From positions 16,864,001-16,928,000 of the forward strand of contig OX597818.1 in NCBI GenBank assembly GCA_951406725.2: a DNA stretch of 64,000 bases, written 5' to 3'. The notes below the pieces were generated by a model. That model ran no database searches, was not told the origin of the DNA, and saw only the letters and a list, made by a program, of their open reading frames with translations. Shown here piece after piece: positions 1 through 14,825 of this stretch. The translations under genes and the position numbers were made by a program. Position 1 is the stretch's first letter; every line of letters starts with the position of its first letter. This DNA comes from Octopus vulgaris. Its lineage: Eukaryota.

Positions 1-1759
1 GGACTTGTCTAGCTGAATGGATCTCAGACTGACAAATACTAACCCTCCATGCCCACAAATAGTAGTGAGGATTTTTGTGTACCCATCTTTTATTTATGAG
101 AAAACAAAATTGAATTTATCATGACTACATTATTGGACAAGTTCAAAAAAGTTTAAAACTGTTTTAATTTTATTAAATATAGTAATTTGTTCACCTTATT
201 CTATCCTCATAGACCCTCCTTCTTCAAGTCAGTCCTGATATAACAAACCTATGATCAAAGATACAGCCATTATCATTGTATTTTTTTAAAATTTAGACAT
301 TATATATCTAAGACTATTTCATCCAATAGGTCCTTCAGTTTTCAAGCGGGTAGCATGGGATTTTAGGAAAATTTATCTACATGAGTAAGAAACTTTTTTC
401 CTAACCATATGGTCTTGCATCAATCCTACTGTGCAACACCTTGGTCAAGTGTCTTCCACTGTAGCCGTGAGAAGATTTGGTAAACGGAAACTAGAAGAAA
501 TAGTCATGTGTATGTGTTTATTTCGTGTTCATCTTTGGTACCGCTTGACAACTGGTGTTGGTTTGTTTACATCACTGTAACTTAGTAGTTTAGCAAAAGA
601 GACTGATAGAATAAATATACGAAATTAAGTAGTGAGGTTGATCTATTCAACTAAAACCCTTCAAGGCTGTGCCCCAGCATGGCCACAGTCTAATGACTGA
701 AACAAGCAAAAGATAAAAATAAAGTGCATTTCTGAAAAACTGAGTGACCACATTCTGTCCTCTTAATTGGTTCATGATTGTGTTGATACTCTACTGTTGT
801 TGAGTAATCCCAGTTGTCTGTGTTTGAGCAGATCTGTACAGATTTAGCCAATTAAATTAAATATTTTATTTCTGTTTCTATCCATGACCACCCTGTCAGT
901 ATTGTCATATAATTTAAAACTTTTGAAATGTGTGCTGCTAGTTGTATGAGGGGAAATTTGGCAGCTACATTTTATTGCAGGTTGAGTGACATCATGGAAG
1001 TTTCTCAACTGGTTTGTTTTATGATTGTATTTGTGTTGTAGAATAGTAATTTTATCTCATATTATAGAAGTATAAAAGTTTTGTTGTATGGTTTTGGTCA
1101 TCTCATGGTTATAGTGGACAACACTAATCCACTAAAACTTGACAACTGCTGCTGAAAATAAAGCGAGATTACTGTCTATTCTGCATTCAAAATGGTAGGA
1201 TCTTCTTAAATTCCCATTTCTAGACCATACACTTCTGATGGTGGGCTTCTGTGCTTGAAATATATAAGCGTTACCTAACTTTACATTACATATTGTTAGA
1301 AGCTCTTTGTTTTTGTTACTTAACTATATAATGAATTTATTATTTAGCTAATATGTAGATTGAAATAAAACTGCTTTAATTTTTTCTATGAAATGATTTT
1401 AATCTATAAATCTCATGTTTAATTGATGCAATTTTGCTTTTGGTGATGAAAGTGGCTAACTAATTATTTTGGTCAATTTGATTGACTGTTCATCATGATA
1501 TTTAAATTCATATATGAATTAATTTTGTCATTTATCTAGTAATGTCACTACTGTCTGGTTATTAAGATGTGTACTATTTATGCAGAGGAATTTTCATGTC
1601 AATGAAATAAAATCAAATTATGGGTATTAAACAAAATGTCTGATTAGAGTGAAGAAAATCTTGTAGCAAGCTGTTTTGGAATTTTTTTTTTTTCATCATT
1701 TAGTTGCTTCAGAAAGTCGTTACTAATTTTCTTGGAATGGTTGTTTGATGTACAGTACT

Positions 1760-2460
1760 CAGGCCCCTCCTCCATAGGATCCTATCAGAGGCGATCATCT
1801 TTCTGTGGATGTTACCCAATCATCTCATTTTTGGTCTACTTGCCGGTCTTGTTGGTTGACTAGGCATGAAGAATCCATCTTGCAGTTCTTTCCTGTGATG
1901 TTCTATGTCCATAGTATTGGAACTGTGACCTCAATGCAGAGAAGTAGTGGCTGAATCTGGAGAGACTCCCTGATCTCCAAGGTATACACCCTCTCTAGCA
2001 ATGCTACTCCAGAGAGCCTATGGGTGAACCCTATTTTGACCACTTGTATTTACAATTGTTCTCTTTTAATCATTTCCTAACGTTCATATCATAGGTGAGG
2101 TTAGGCATGGAAACCAAATTGAAGACAGTGAGTTTGGTTTTTTTACCAACCTCCCCCTTTTTGAGAATTGAATGCTGGAGCTAGCACATCCGATTCTACT
2201 TCCTGTCTCCCACCATCACTTGTGAATACAGCCCCCAAATACTTAAATTGCTCTACTTGTCTCAGTGGTATTCCATGAACAAGCAGAATGCACTGGGAAG
2301 ACTTTCTTGAGAGGACCAATGTGTCAATCCTCACAACACTAATTCTTGTTCTTGCCTTACAACACTTGGCAGCAAACCCACTCAGTGCATGCTGAAGATC
2401 ACCATTTAAAGAGCCAAGTAGCATCATGTCGATTGCAAATACCAGTCAACTGATTCAACA
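1760..2460 (-). mobile_element. Degenerate non-LTR retrotransposon (RTE-like) RT C-terminal fragment
   Basis: ORF 2143..2427 contains LRQVEQFKYLGAVFTSDG, the F.YLG motif of LINE RTs. Confidence 0.75.
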
Positions 2461-5400
2461 CCCACTGTGATACTATTTCTTCTGCTACTAAAACTGCAAT
2501 TCTGTAAGTTTGAGCCTCATCCATGCTAAGAACAGGATTTCTCAAAGTGGGTTTCTGAAAAAGTTCTGGGTTTCAGCAAAATTTTCCTGAAAATTTATTT
2601 TGCCATTTTGCAATTAAAGCCCCCCCCCCTCTCTCTCTCTCTCTCTGGGTAACTATATTCCTTCTCTATAGCAAGACACCTGTTTCTGTCTCTCTGTCAC
2701 ATTCTATCCTTTCATCATCTGACACAAGATCATCACCTCTAATGACCCCTCCCCTCTCAAAGGATCTTTGTCTTGCATGTTACTTGGTGATTCTGCTGGT
2801 GCTGGGGCCACGTAAAAAGCATCCATTTCACACTGTGAAGTGGTTTGTATTTGGATGGGCATCCAGCTGTAAAAACCCTGCCCAAACTGACCTCACTTGT
2901 GCTGGTGCCATATAAAAAGCACTCAGTCCTCTCTGTAGGGTGGTTGGGCTTAGGAAGGGCATGATAATTTTGATTAAGTTTGTAGAAGACAGCTACCACA
3001 AATCTATGCCTGTGTCTGTATAATAATTTTATATAAGATTTCCCTGAGCTGGTTAATGTATTTTCAAGGGTTCCTCAAAAGAAAAAAGGTAAGGAAGTCA
3101 TGTTCTAGATAAAGTCTGAAAGTGAAATCAGGAGGATGATCATGGCTGGAATTCCTTTGTTTAGAAGTTTTGTCTAGTTAGAGGTGACTTGGGACTAAAT
3201 AACAAAAACAAGTTCTGAATCAATGACCCACAAACTAACTGCAAGCCAGCAATCTGACAACTCGATGTGTAATAGCTCTTCTTTCTCGGAAAATAATAAC
3301 AAGGAATGGTTTGATTGAATAACCAGCCATTTAAATAGAATTGAGTTTGAAGAAGCCAATCATGGCAACTAGACAATTGATCTGAACCAGGACACATCTA
3401 AAACCTACATTTCATTGGCTCACAACATTTTTAGATCAAACAGATAAACTGACAGATTATAAGCTGGATCATAATTTGAATTTTCTCTTCATGGTTTTCT
3501 ATTCTTTGTACTTTCTTTTCTTCTTTTTTTTTTTTTTAACCAGCAGTTTATAGATTCTTCTGTTTACAATTAAATTTCATATGATCACAGAAAATGATTG
3601 TAAAAGAGATATAGATATAGATTTATCGACTTCAGACATTTATTTGATTTTGTTCATTGATTTTCTTTGTTGTTGTAGTTTCCATAGGTTTTGCTACATT
3701 TTGATTTGAGAAAAATTTATTGGATAGAAAATGAAGAGAAGCTATATCTGAATCTGAATTTTATTTGAAGCTGTCTGGAAAGAAAGATTTAGTAAGAAAG
3801 CAGTCAAGTGTGTTGTTAAAACAGATAATTGAGTAATAGTAATAGAGCAGCAACTACTTGGTGCAAATAAACCACACTCTGAACTGCACACATTGAGTTA
3901 ACCCAGTAAGATAAATAAATCTTAGGTAGATACTACCTTGGAAATGGAGTCTAGTGCTCATACAAAATTTGCAAAACTTCACTTTCTATTATTGTTGTGT
4001 TGTAAATACATCTTTTTTCATTGAGGGTGAAGATAGATTTTTTTTTATATATTAAAAAAAAAATTTTTTTTTAAATTTAAAATCTAATCAGAGACAGTAG
4101 GGGAGCATCCATGATTCCTTGTTTCTTCAGGGCCACTGAGACAGATGGTAGAATGGAAGGAAAAGTGCTCTGAAACTGGCGACTTGACCCAAATGCCTTC
4201 AATATGATGGACACTGCCAATGGTATCCAAAATAAGTTGGTAGTGTTAAACTGGGAAATAGATTAAATTTGCTACCCAAGAACTTGGAATGTCAAGAGCT
4301 GGAATCCATACTGCAAAGCATCATACTTGATACTCTCACAATTTTATCAATTCACTGCCCTGGACTGATGCCTTATTTTATTGCCCACCCCCCTAAAAAA
4401 AAAAAACCCACCCAAAAGGGTACCGCAAAGCATTTTCTACTATGCTCTAATGACTGTCAATTTGCTGTGGTATTCTTATTCTGTTTTACATAGGCATACA
4501 TATCCTTCCCTCTCTCTAATGTTTTCTCTTTCTTTCTCTCTTTCCTCATTTTTTATGCTCGCACAAACACATTTTCTATATAGAAGCATACACAATTTTG
4601 CATGGAGTGAGAATTAAGTAGACATTTGAGATAGATTCTTCTATTCATTGCTCAATAATAATTTTGAAGGAAAAAAAAAAAGTCTTCGGAATTAAGCTGT
4701 GTGTGTGTGTGTGTGTGTGTGTGCATGCATTGACCTGTGTGTTATGTGTGTCTGTGAGGGGGTTTAAGTGCATTAATGTGTGTCATACTTGTTGGTGTAT
4801 GTGTATGCATGTAATATGTGTGAGAAGAATCTTTAGACAATTTTAGGAACACATACATATCGTATACTAATTCCATATAAGGTTTAACAGCTGCTTGCAA
4901 GACTATAGATTTTCTCAAGCCGAAGGCATTTTAAATTTCAAAATGATTAATTCTACTTTGAGCAGACCAAATATAGCTCTAGCCATTTTTTTTTATCACA
5001 AAACCAGGTCATAGAGCCAATAATATAAATTCCCAAGGCAAGCCTTTTTTTCAATCTGGCATGTCAAAGTATTAATTTCTTAAATAAACTTTTTTTTGGA
5101 GAGTCGCTTATATGTATACATGTATTTTATATTCAGGTAAATGCTTATAGATAAGCTTTTTATAGTATGATACTGCAGGGAGATTTTTAAAAAAAATTTT
5201 AAAATAAAAATCTATTGCATGTCAATTAAAATCCTGTGGTGTATAGCAGGTTTGCAATCAATGATTTAGATAGGTGCACTGTTAGATTTAGTGGAACTGC
5301 AGTGCCAGGAATATTCTTTTATTCTTCTTTTACTTGTTTCAGTTTTTGGGTGGTAGCTATGTTAGGACACTGCCATGAAGGATTTTAATTGATTATATTA

Positions 5401-6388
5401 TTGACTTCTGTACTTTGTCTCATCGTCGTCCTCCTCCTCCTCCTCATTATCATCATTATGATGTAGTATCCACTTTCCATGCTGGCAATGGTCAGATAGT
5501 TTGACAGGAGCCAGAGGACTGCACCAAGCTCTGTCTTCTTTCGTTAAAGGGTTTTGTAAATAGGGAAATAATTCAGTGGGTAATTTATACCACAGGATAT
5601 TTCTGTATGAACATACCAATTCTAATGCTTTACTGATATAAACACACATGCAATGTGCGTGTGCATGCACACATGCACACACTCCCTCCCTCCCTATGTG
5701 GAGTGCTTCATCATGTCCATAAGCTAAATGGTGTCTTAAAGTTTATAGTGTGTTGTTACATGTTTAATACATATTTTCTTTTAGTCTACATGTAAATCAA
5801 CTATCTATAGCTGTAGCTTTGTCACACCTTGTATATGTGCTGCACTTATTCACTTATGCAATCTTTTCCAGATAAATAAATATTGAAAACCTGAATAAGC
5901 AATGTTAGTTGATCTGTTTAATTAAATGACAATACCTTGTCTACAGGAGAAGATTTGTTATTATTCATTAGGACCCAGGAAAGCAGTTTAACTTCCATTT
6001 TACAAGCAAGTCAAAGAGGAAATGTTTTACACTTCTGTAATGCGATGGATACGTGTACTAGAATGTTCTGCTTAGACTCTACCATGACTACTAATTAACC
6101 CTATGAAAATGTTGGTAATTATAGGAATCTATTGTTAATCTTCATTGTTGTCATTATCATCATCTCCTCGTTTTTGCATGACAACTCACAGTATACTGAT
6201 ACAGTTAAGTCACATTTTGACTACTTTTATTGTGGTTACCCCTTTCACTTATAAGCAGGACAAAATAATGTAGTACCTTCTAGAAATTACCTCAAATTAC
6301 TTTCCTTTCCAACTATATGCTCACTTCTCCATTTATATACTCAGCTCCAGAAATATTAAAGCCTCTATCTTTTCTTTTATTTTCCCAG

Positions 6389-6512
6389 CTGTTCCTGAAC
6401 CCCCTGGTAAACCAGAAATTACTGAGGTGTCATCACGCTGGTTGAAGGTTTCCTGGCCATCAGTTGTTGAGGACAACAACAGCCCTATTACACACTATCA
6501 AGTGCAGATTAA
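6389..6512 (+). CDS. Receptor tyrosine phosphatase (PTP99A-like) exon A, FN3 #1 N-half
   Basis: Acceptor ttttcccag| and donor |gtaagt. Translates xVPEPPGKPEITEVSSRWLKVSWPSVVEDNNSPITHYQVQIK, with FN3 motifs P..P, VSW and NSPI..Y. Phase 1 in, phase 2 out. Confidence 0.93.
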
Positions 6513-6731
6513 GTAAGTTGGTAATTCTATTGTTTCTTCTTTTGCAATATTTCTGTTGTTCTAGTGATAGGCTAAAATGAGTCAAAATATTTATCTAATT
6601 ACCTACCTATCAAACCCATTCAATATTTTAAACTATCTAATTTCATACAGTTTATATTGTTTGGTTAAGTTGGTTGATACCCCTTGCCTGTAATATCTTC
6701 ATATATTTTTTTTACAAGAGGAATATTATTA

Positions 6732-8002
6732 TTAGGTCATCTCATAAATAATGTGTTTCTTTCAATTGCATGAACTAAAAGTCGGAGGGGGATGGGATAA
6801 ACTATCTGCATCAACTTGCTATAAAGACAGATAGTAATTTTACCTTATCCTTATTCTTAGTGCAAGTTTTGAAGAGTGCAATTCAATTTTAAGTTATTTT
6901 TTCAAAGCCATAATGGAAGTGACAAAGGAGCATAGGTTCAATAAAGGCAACAACACAACAGAAAGTGCGATAAATATTAATGCAGTATATGGAGATTAGA
7001 CAATAAGTGTAAGTTAGTGTCAACGGTGGTTCCAGAAGTTCCAAGCTGGAAACTACAGCCCAGAAGACGAGCCTTATTCTGGAAGATCTGTAAAGCTCGA
7101 TGAGCCTTGTCCTGGAAGATCTGTAGAGCTCAACAAGGACATCCTGCAAACCCTGGTGGAATAAAATCCCATTGTAACTGTTGAGGAACTAGCAGAGAAG
7201 CTTGGATTTGGTCATTGAACCATTCATTGACACCTGCATGCCATCGGAAAAGTCATCAAATTGGGTCATTGGGTTCCTCACAAACTTTTCAAGTCTAATC
7301 ACATGCAGAGAGTGAATGTGCGCTCTTTTTTGCTGTCACATCTCCCGAATGAACCTTTTTTGGACCAAACAGTGACTGGTGATGAGAAATGGGTTCTCTA
7401 TAAAAATGTCAAGTGCCGAAAGCAGTGGTTAACGAAAAGGAGGAAAACCAGTACCCTAGGCTAAAGAAGGTCTTCACCCACGTAAGGTGTTGTTATCTGT
7501 TTGGTGGGATGTGAAAGGTTTAGTCCACTTTGAACTTTCAAACCCAAACCAAATGATAACAAAGGAGATCTACTGTGAGCAGCTTGAGCAGCTTGCATCA
7601 GCGCTTAAAGAAAAATGGCCATCTTTGGTTTCAAGATGAAAGGTGTTCTTCCATTAGGATAATACTTGGTCACATACAGTGAGGATGGCATCCCAAAGGC
7701 TGAGGAGTTTGAATGGGAAACAATGTCCCACCCTTTGTATTCGCTGGACATTGCACCATCTGATTATCATTTATTCTGCAGTCTCCAAAATCATTTGGAC
7801 AGAAAAAATATGAATTCTGTAGACATGGTCAGAACAGTACTGGAGACACATCTGGGACAAGTGAATTTTGGAAATCTACCAGATAGATGGAAGAGCATTG
7901 TAGAAAATGAAGGAGAGTGTATTTTAGATTTAAAAAGAATTTTGAAAAATAAAAGAAATATAAAAAGTATAAAAAAAACGCATTATTTATGGAATGACCC
8001 AA
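6732..8002 (+). mobile_element. Full-length degenerate Tc1/mariner transposon
   Basis: TIRs ttaggtcatctcataaataatg and cattatttatggaatgacccaa, flanked by TA on both sides. Transposase motifs WVPHKL, TGDEKW and YSLDIAPSDYHLF are broken by stops and frameshifts. Confidence 0.95.
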
Positions 8003-8112
8003 TATGTGTATGTGTGAATGTATGAAGCAATTTTTTTTTATTTATTATAATTGATCCATATGTGACAAGTATTTGAAATAAAAAGATGATTTTTTTTTCC
8101 TTTTTATTTCAG

Positions 8113-8291
8113 GTCTTCTTCGCAAGACTGGAGTGAAGGGGACATACGTTCCATTGGAGTAATTTTCAACTCTACAAAAATTAGGGACCTTCGTCCTTAT
8201 ACGCAATACCAAGTTAAAGTATTTGCTGTGAATGAGATTGGTCGTAGTCTACCAAGTGAACCTTCTGCCATACAACGCACAAGCTCTGAAG
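8113..8291 (+). CDS. PTP99A-like exon B, FN3 #1 C-half
   Basis: Acceptor tatttcag| and donor |gtatgt. Translates SSSQDWSEGDIRSIGVIFNSTKIRDLRPYTQYQVKVFAVNEIGRSLPSEPSAIQRTSSE (L.P.T.Y...V.A.N..G signature). In frame with exon A (AA|G = Lys). Confidence 0.95.
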
Positions 8292-8669
8292 GTATGTTGT
8301 TCATTCTACTCAACATTGTTGCAGTGAGAGTGTTTCTTTTAATATGGTTTTGTTGATGTTGTTTAGTCCCAAGTTTAGCCATGTATCCTTTCTGTATTTC
8401 AGACATTAGAGGTCAATTTGAGGGTATCTACTTTCTGTAGTAAGTTGAATGACCATCTAGAGGACCCATGAGGGTGGGGTTCCTCTACATGGTGATTCAA
8501 CATCCTAATGCCAACCATTTCGCAAAGTATATTAGGTTCTCTTTTTATGTGGCACCAGCAGCTTTGAGGTCACTAAATAACTTACAAACCAAGACCTCCT
8601 CCCTACCTCAGTTGAGAGGAGAATAGTATTGTGGGAGGTGGCTTTTTGCCAGAAGATGAGAGGTTAGAG

Positions 8670-8940
8670 CAATGGTCCTAAACTGGGGCCTATATGACCT
8701 TTGGGAGTCCTTATAAGAATTTTCTGTTAAAATTTATCTGCAATAAATTGGTTATACTTCTACAAAACACAAAATATTTTAGCAATTTTGTTTTTCATTA
8801 CTATTGCTTATAATATTCAATTATAAAAATATAATATATTTTTTTTCTTTTAAACATTGACTGGTTAGGAAGATCGACTTCAATAATATGGAAATCTTAA
8901 GTGCCCATAGGTAAAAAAAAAAAGGAGTTGAGAAATATTG
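8670..8940. mobile_element. hAT-type MITE
   Basis: 8-bp direct repeat GGTTAGAG at 8662-8669 and 8941-8948; degenerate caatgg...tattg termini; interrupts a SINE-like repeat. Confidence 0.7.
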
Positions 8941-9076
8941 GGTTAGAGTATGAATAAAGAGACAGAAATTGGTACTTGCAATAAAAGGAGATACATGTCT
9001 ACCTCAAGTAGTAGGAAGAGGAGATTTTGAAGTGCGATGGGGTGGGGTAGTACCCTCAACTTACAGGTAGGTATAT

Positions 9077-9727
<651 letters not shown>

Positions 9728-10974
9728 TAAGTGAAGAGGGACCAGGGATTGGATAAAATGAGTGGGTAGATAAGTTGACAACATTGCAAAAAGTGGGTGG
9801 AGGGATGGGAAGGGAATGTAGTGCATGGACATAAATAGAGAGGAGGGGTTTTGTTAGGAAGGTATGTTGTGTTGTTGCAATAAGTGTTATAAGAGATGGC
9901 TGTCCACAAGTGCAAGTCCCATGAGTCAGAGTGGCTGTTCCAGCACATCTCCCTCGCCATCCTCCAGGACAATGCTTTTTCCATTTTGTCTGCTGGGGCC
10001 ATGAGAAACGTTTTATGATAAAGATATATAAACAAGAAAAGGAAAAAAAAAATGTAATAATCAGAATTTGGAAAGACAGTTCCAAGAGAGATGCAAATGT
10101 AAGAAGGTCTGTTCATTCATAACAATGAATAGAAAGTATTCCAATAGAACTAGCTGATGACGGTGGTGGTGATGACAGCATCAGTGGCAGCTACCACAAT
10201 AACAGCAATGACAAAACAAAACTATCAGAACAATTTCTTTATGTATTCAGCACTTGAATTGTTACTTTTTTTTTATTTTATTTTTTTTTTATACATAGCA
10301 ACCTTTTCATAAGTTACATGTTTCACATGGTTCCTTTATTTTGTATTTCATTCTTTCATGAATTCTAATGAAATATGCAAGATAAGATGGCAGAGTTCTA
10401 TTTTTCTCTTAGACATTTTTGTTTTTACTTTTTAATAATTTTATTTCAGTTGTTAGATTTTATATTTTTTCTTTAATTATTTTCTACTAATGAGTAAGTT
10501 CTGTTGTTTAATGAGTCAGCTAGGCTGAATAGATCATGTGTGGAATGTGTTAATGAGAATGGTGAGTTTCTTTGTTTAAGTCCCTTTCCTCTCCACCAAC
10601 TTGCACAATATCACTTGCTACTATTATGATATATTTAATGTTGGCCTTCTTGTGTACTAAGCACCAAATTGTCTACATTTGTTGCTACGCTATGCACTAA
10701 TCAGGTCTATATGTGACAAATGCCATGCGAGTGGAGTTTGGTAGATGGAAACTGAAAGAAGCCTGTCATGTGTCTTTGTGCTTGGTCCCCCCACCATTGC
10801 TTTACAGCTAATGCTGATCTGTCTACATCCCCATAACTTAGCAGATCAGCATAAGCAACTGATAGAAAGTATCAAGCTCAAAAAGACGGGGGTTAATTCA
10901 TTCAATTATAACTCTTCAGGGCAGTGCCTCAGCATAACCACAGCCCAATGACTGAAACAAATAAGATATATATA

Positions 10975-11004
<30 letters not shown>

Positions 11005-11005
<1 letters not shown>

Positions 11006-11474
11006 TTCCAAGAAAGTTAGAGGTTGTGAATCCAACCAACTAAGGGATAATATCTATCCAATATACTGCTGGTAGAATACCCAATTAGTAATACACAAGT
11101 GTTTTTTTATTGCATTGCAATTACATTACTGAGTGTACTAAATGGGTGAAGGTAAAGAGATATTTTACCATTAATTTATAGAGCAATAAGAAATGTAGGG
11201 GATCAATAGGTAGTTCATCAACTTTTAGACATTATATTATGTCAGCTTATTTATCTATTTACTAAACTGACAATTACAAGAATATACATACATGTATAAC
11301 ATTATGCTTTACATATAAAATATAATGCTTTACATATAAAATATATGTAAAGCATATGTTATACATGTATGTATATTCTTGTAATTGTCAGTTTAGTAAA
11401 TAAATAAATAAGTTGACATAATATAATGTCTAAAAGTTGATGAACCACCTATTGATCCTTCCATTTTCTTATTG

Positions 11475-11478
<4 letters not shown>
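11005..11478. repeat. Microsatellite-flanked element ending in a ~300-bp fold-back
   Basis: Arms ~11180-11316 and ~11343-11478 are reverse complements (agagcaataagaaat... / ...ttttcttattgctct). Confidence 0.9.
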
Positions 11479-11557
<79 letters not shown>

Positions 11558-11587
11558 CATATGAAGTAAAAGCAGCTCTAGTATAAG

Positions 11588-12245
11588 AGATATAGATATT
11601 ATTCACCACACCTACTTAATGTATATGCTTTGTATTTTCCTGTAGTTGCAGTAGCTTGGTGGAGTATATACACTCTCAAAGTACCAGGTGTTAAAACACC
11701 TCAGAGTCATGGACGGGCTAGGTAACTCACCTTCAAACCGATTTGGGAGTGATGTGTCACCATTATTGTGGTTCCTCAAAATCATCTACCCACCAGGGTT
11801 GAAGGCAAGTCACCCAGCTAGTCCATGACTTATATGCTCATGGCTTGTAAACCCATTTTGTTGGCATACCTGGAAATTGCATATCTAAAAGAAAATGAAA
11901 TATAAACAGTTCCTGTATAATAGATATTATTAGTTACTGCAAATACTTAATCTATATGCTTTGTGTAATTTCTGGTGGCTGCAATAGCATGGAGTATATA
12001 CACTCTTAAAGCACTGGGTGTTGAAGCACATCAGAGACATGGACAGGCAAGGTAACTCACCCCCAATCCCATCTGGAAGTGATAGACACTGATGTTTTGC
12101 CATTTTTGTAGCCCCTCAACCTCCCGTACATGCCAGGGTTGAAGGCAAATCACCCAACCAGTCCACAACTTATATACTCATGGCTTGTAATACCAAGTGC
12201 TGGCATGCCTGGAAATTGCATACCTAAGGGAAAATCTAAAAGCAT
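11588..12245. repeat. Diverged tandem duplication, ~330-bp unit x2
   Basis: Both units run atagatattatt...tatatgctttgt...ggagtatatacactct...ccagggttgaaggcaa...cctggaaattgcata.ctaa. Confidence 0.85.
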
Positions 12246-12247
12246 AT

Positions 12248-12534
12248 GTGGCCGATGCCAGCACCGCTTCGACTGGCTTCCGTGCCGGTGGCACATAAAA
12301 TACACCAATCCGACCGTGGCCGTTGCCAGCCTCGCCTGGCACCTGTGCAGGTGGCACGTAAAAAGCACCCACTACACTCACGGAGTGGTTGGCGTTAGGA
12401 AGGGCATCCAGCTGTAGAAACATTGCCAGATAAGACTGGAGCCTGGTGCAGCCTTCTGGCTTCCCAGATCCCCGGTCGAACCGTCCAACCCATGCTAGCA
12501 TGGAGAACGGACGTTAAACAATGATGATGATGAT
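12248..12534 (+). mobile_element. SINE with RTE-type 3' tail
   Basis: Ends gcatggagaacggacgttaaacaatgatgatgat. Close copies at 39902-40209 (+) and 31014-31221 (-); older copies near 2780, 21300, 22370, 25330, 52280, 52830 and 63300. Confidence 0.9.
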
Positions 12535-14749
12535 ATATATATATATATATATATCCTTACTATAAAATAATCATTATCATCATTGCTTTTAATGTCCATT
12601 TTCCCATGCTTGCATGTGTATGGGTGAAACGTAATTTGTTGAGGCAAATTTTCTACAACTGGATACCTTTTCCAGTCCACTCCTGGTTTCCAGTCACAGT
12701 AATATGGCTTGATATGTTTTCATGCAAGATTGGAAAGGAGGGATTTTGCTTGGATATCTATGATGCTTATTTGTGACTTTCTCATGATCTCAAAACAAAG
12801 AGGCACATACACGCCAGGCTTCTTCTTTCTGTTTCTGTCTTCCAAATTCACGCACAATTCATTGGTCAACCCAGGACACTTACCCAAGGTACCACACAGT
12901 GGAACTGAATCCAAAACTATGTGGTTGTAAAATGAACTTGTTAACTATACAGCCAAAATAATTTTGGAATTTCAATCTCCTTAGGTAATTCATAACATTC
13001 AAAGACCCCACCATTAAGTGAGATGGATTAATTTTGTTTTGCTGCACTCAGAAGCATAATTCCTTTTTAGTCAGATCACTTATATATCTGCAGATATTTG
13101 AAATTTTTGTTTGATTAAAGATTTGATAATCAGTGTGTAAGATAACTTTATAAGAGATACTAGTTCAGTTCATACATCATATGAATTGAATTGATTCTTG
13201 TAAGAATTAATTAATGTGATTCTCCTCTGTTGTGTAATGTAATTTTTCTAATTCTCTAGACAGTTTTGCTTATTGTTCTATGAGTGAATAATAAATGGCT
13301 TTACATCTGTTTTCTCATGTAACATTTTAGGAGTAGAACAAAAAAAAATTGCTTTCAGAAAATACTGGGCCATGAAAAGCCAACAGGGGATCTACTACAT
13401 GGTTAGTTGATCTGCTAGAAATAACAACCAGATTTCCCTCTGATAATGTAGTCTGTTTCCCTGTACAGAGGGGAAAGATGGAATACTTTTTAGCATAAGT
13501 TTACTTGATCAGAGATGATCTGGGGCTAAACAACAACATTAAAAAACAAAAAAAGATAAGGGAACTATTTATTCAATTCCACCAAACATCCAAACTTTAG
13601 AATTTTATATTTTCACTTTCGATCTAGCATGAAAAGCCATCTATTTAGTACCATTTCGTTAGAAGATGAGGGGTGGCTGAACAAATACCTCTTTAATGGC
13701 CCTTTCAATCTGGTATGAATGATGTAGTTAGCACACAAGTATGGGAAGAAAATATGGGTCAGCAACAAGTCCTGGAGAAAGTTTTGGCAAACGGGCTTGG
13801 TGCAGAGGCATGTTTAGCAACATAATAAAGGTAAAAAAATGAGGAGAGGGTCTGCATCAGATGTGATATGGTAGAGCTAATGTTGAAGTTCAGTGATACA
13901 CATAATCGATCACTTTGTTTATCATCAACTGCTGGCTTTTGGGTACTTCTGACTGAGTCCGCTCTTTTACAAGATTGTTGTCAGAGAATAAGCCCACATA
14001 CCAGTTTCTCCTTTTCCCTGCACCCAGTACTTGTCTTGGGACCCCTATAATAATCATGGACACTGTTCTCCCTTCTTGAAGTCATCTAAAAGGGGAAGCA
14101 GAAACTGGTAGTGGAAGGGACTGAAAGAAGGATTGTCTTTGGATGTGCTAGAAGCAACAGCCAAATTGCCCTTAAACCACTCACTTTTCCCTCTGAAAAT
14201 ATTGACTTTTTTTACTGAAAATACTCTTCCCATAGTTTTGAAGTGCAAAATAAATTGGCCAAAATAGGTCTGGAGTAGGATGATGAGGGAGTGGAGGTTG
14301 TAAAAAAAAGTTTTCAAAACTTTTTTCATACAGCGATACTCCCTCTCCCCATCATTTTGATGGCTGTGGTTTAAGAAAATGAGGAAAATCCCTGAAAAAA
14401 TTTCCCCCACAAATTTCTTTATAATTGTAATTTATGCTGTTTGAAAGGGATTTGTATAAACTTCCATTAAAAGATATCCATTGTCCTGAAAGTTATGACG
14501 GAAGAAGTCAGATTGTGTGAATATTCCGAAATTCCTCTCTCCATCCCCTCATAAAAATTCTTTCCCATAAATCCCTATGTACACTGAAGCCACAACATCT
14601 AAGTGGTATTCATAGAAATTTTGTTAAAAAGTATCCATTTTTCTGGATGTTATGAGACAACAAAGTTGGGAGTACATACATCTGTAGTAATGCCCTTTTA
14701 GTTATACAATTTTTTCATTTCATGTCTATTTCATTTGTTGTTTGCAATG

Positions 14750-14825
<76 letters not shown>

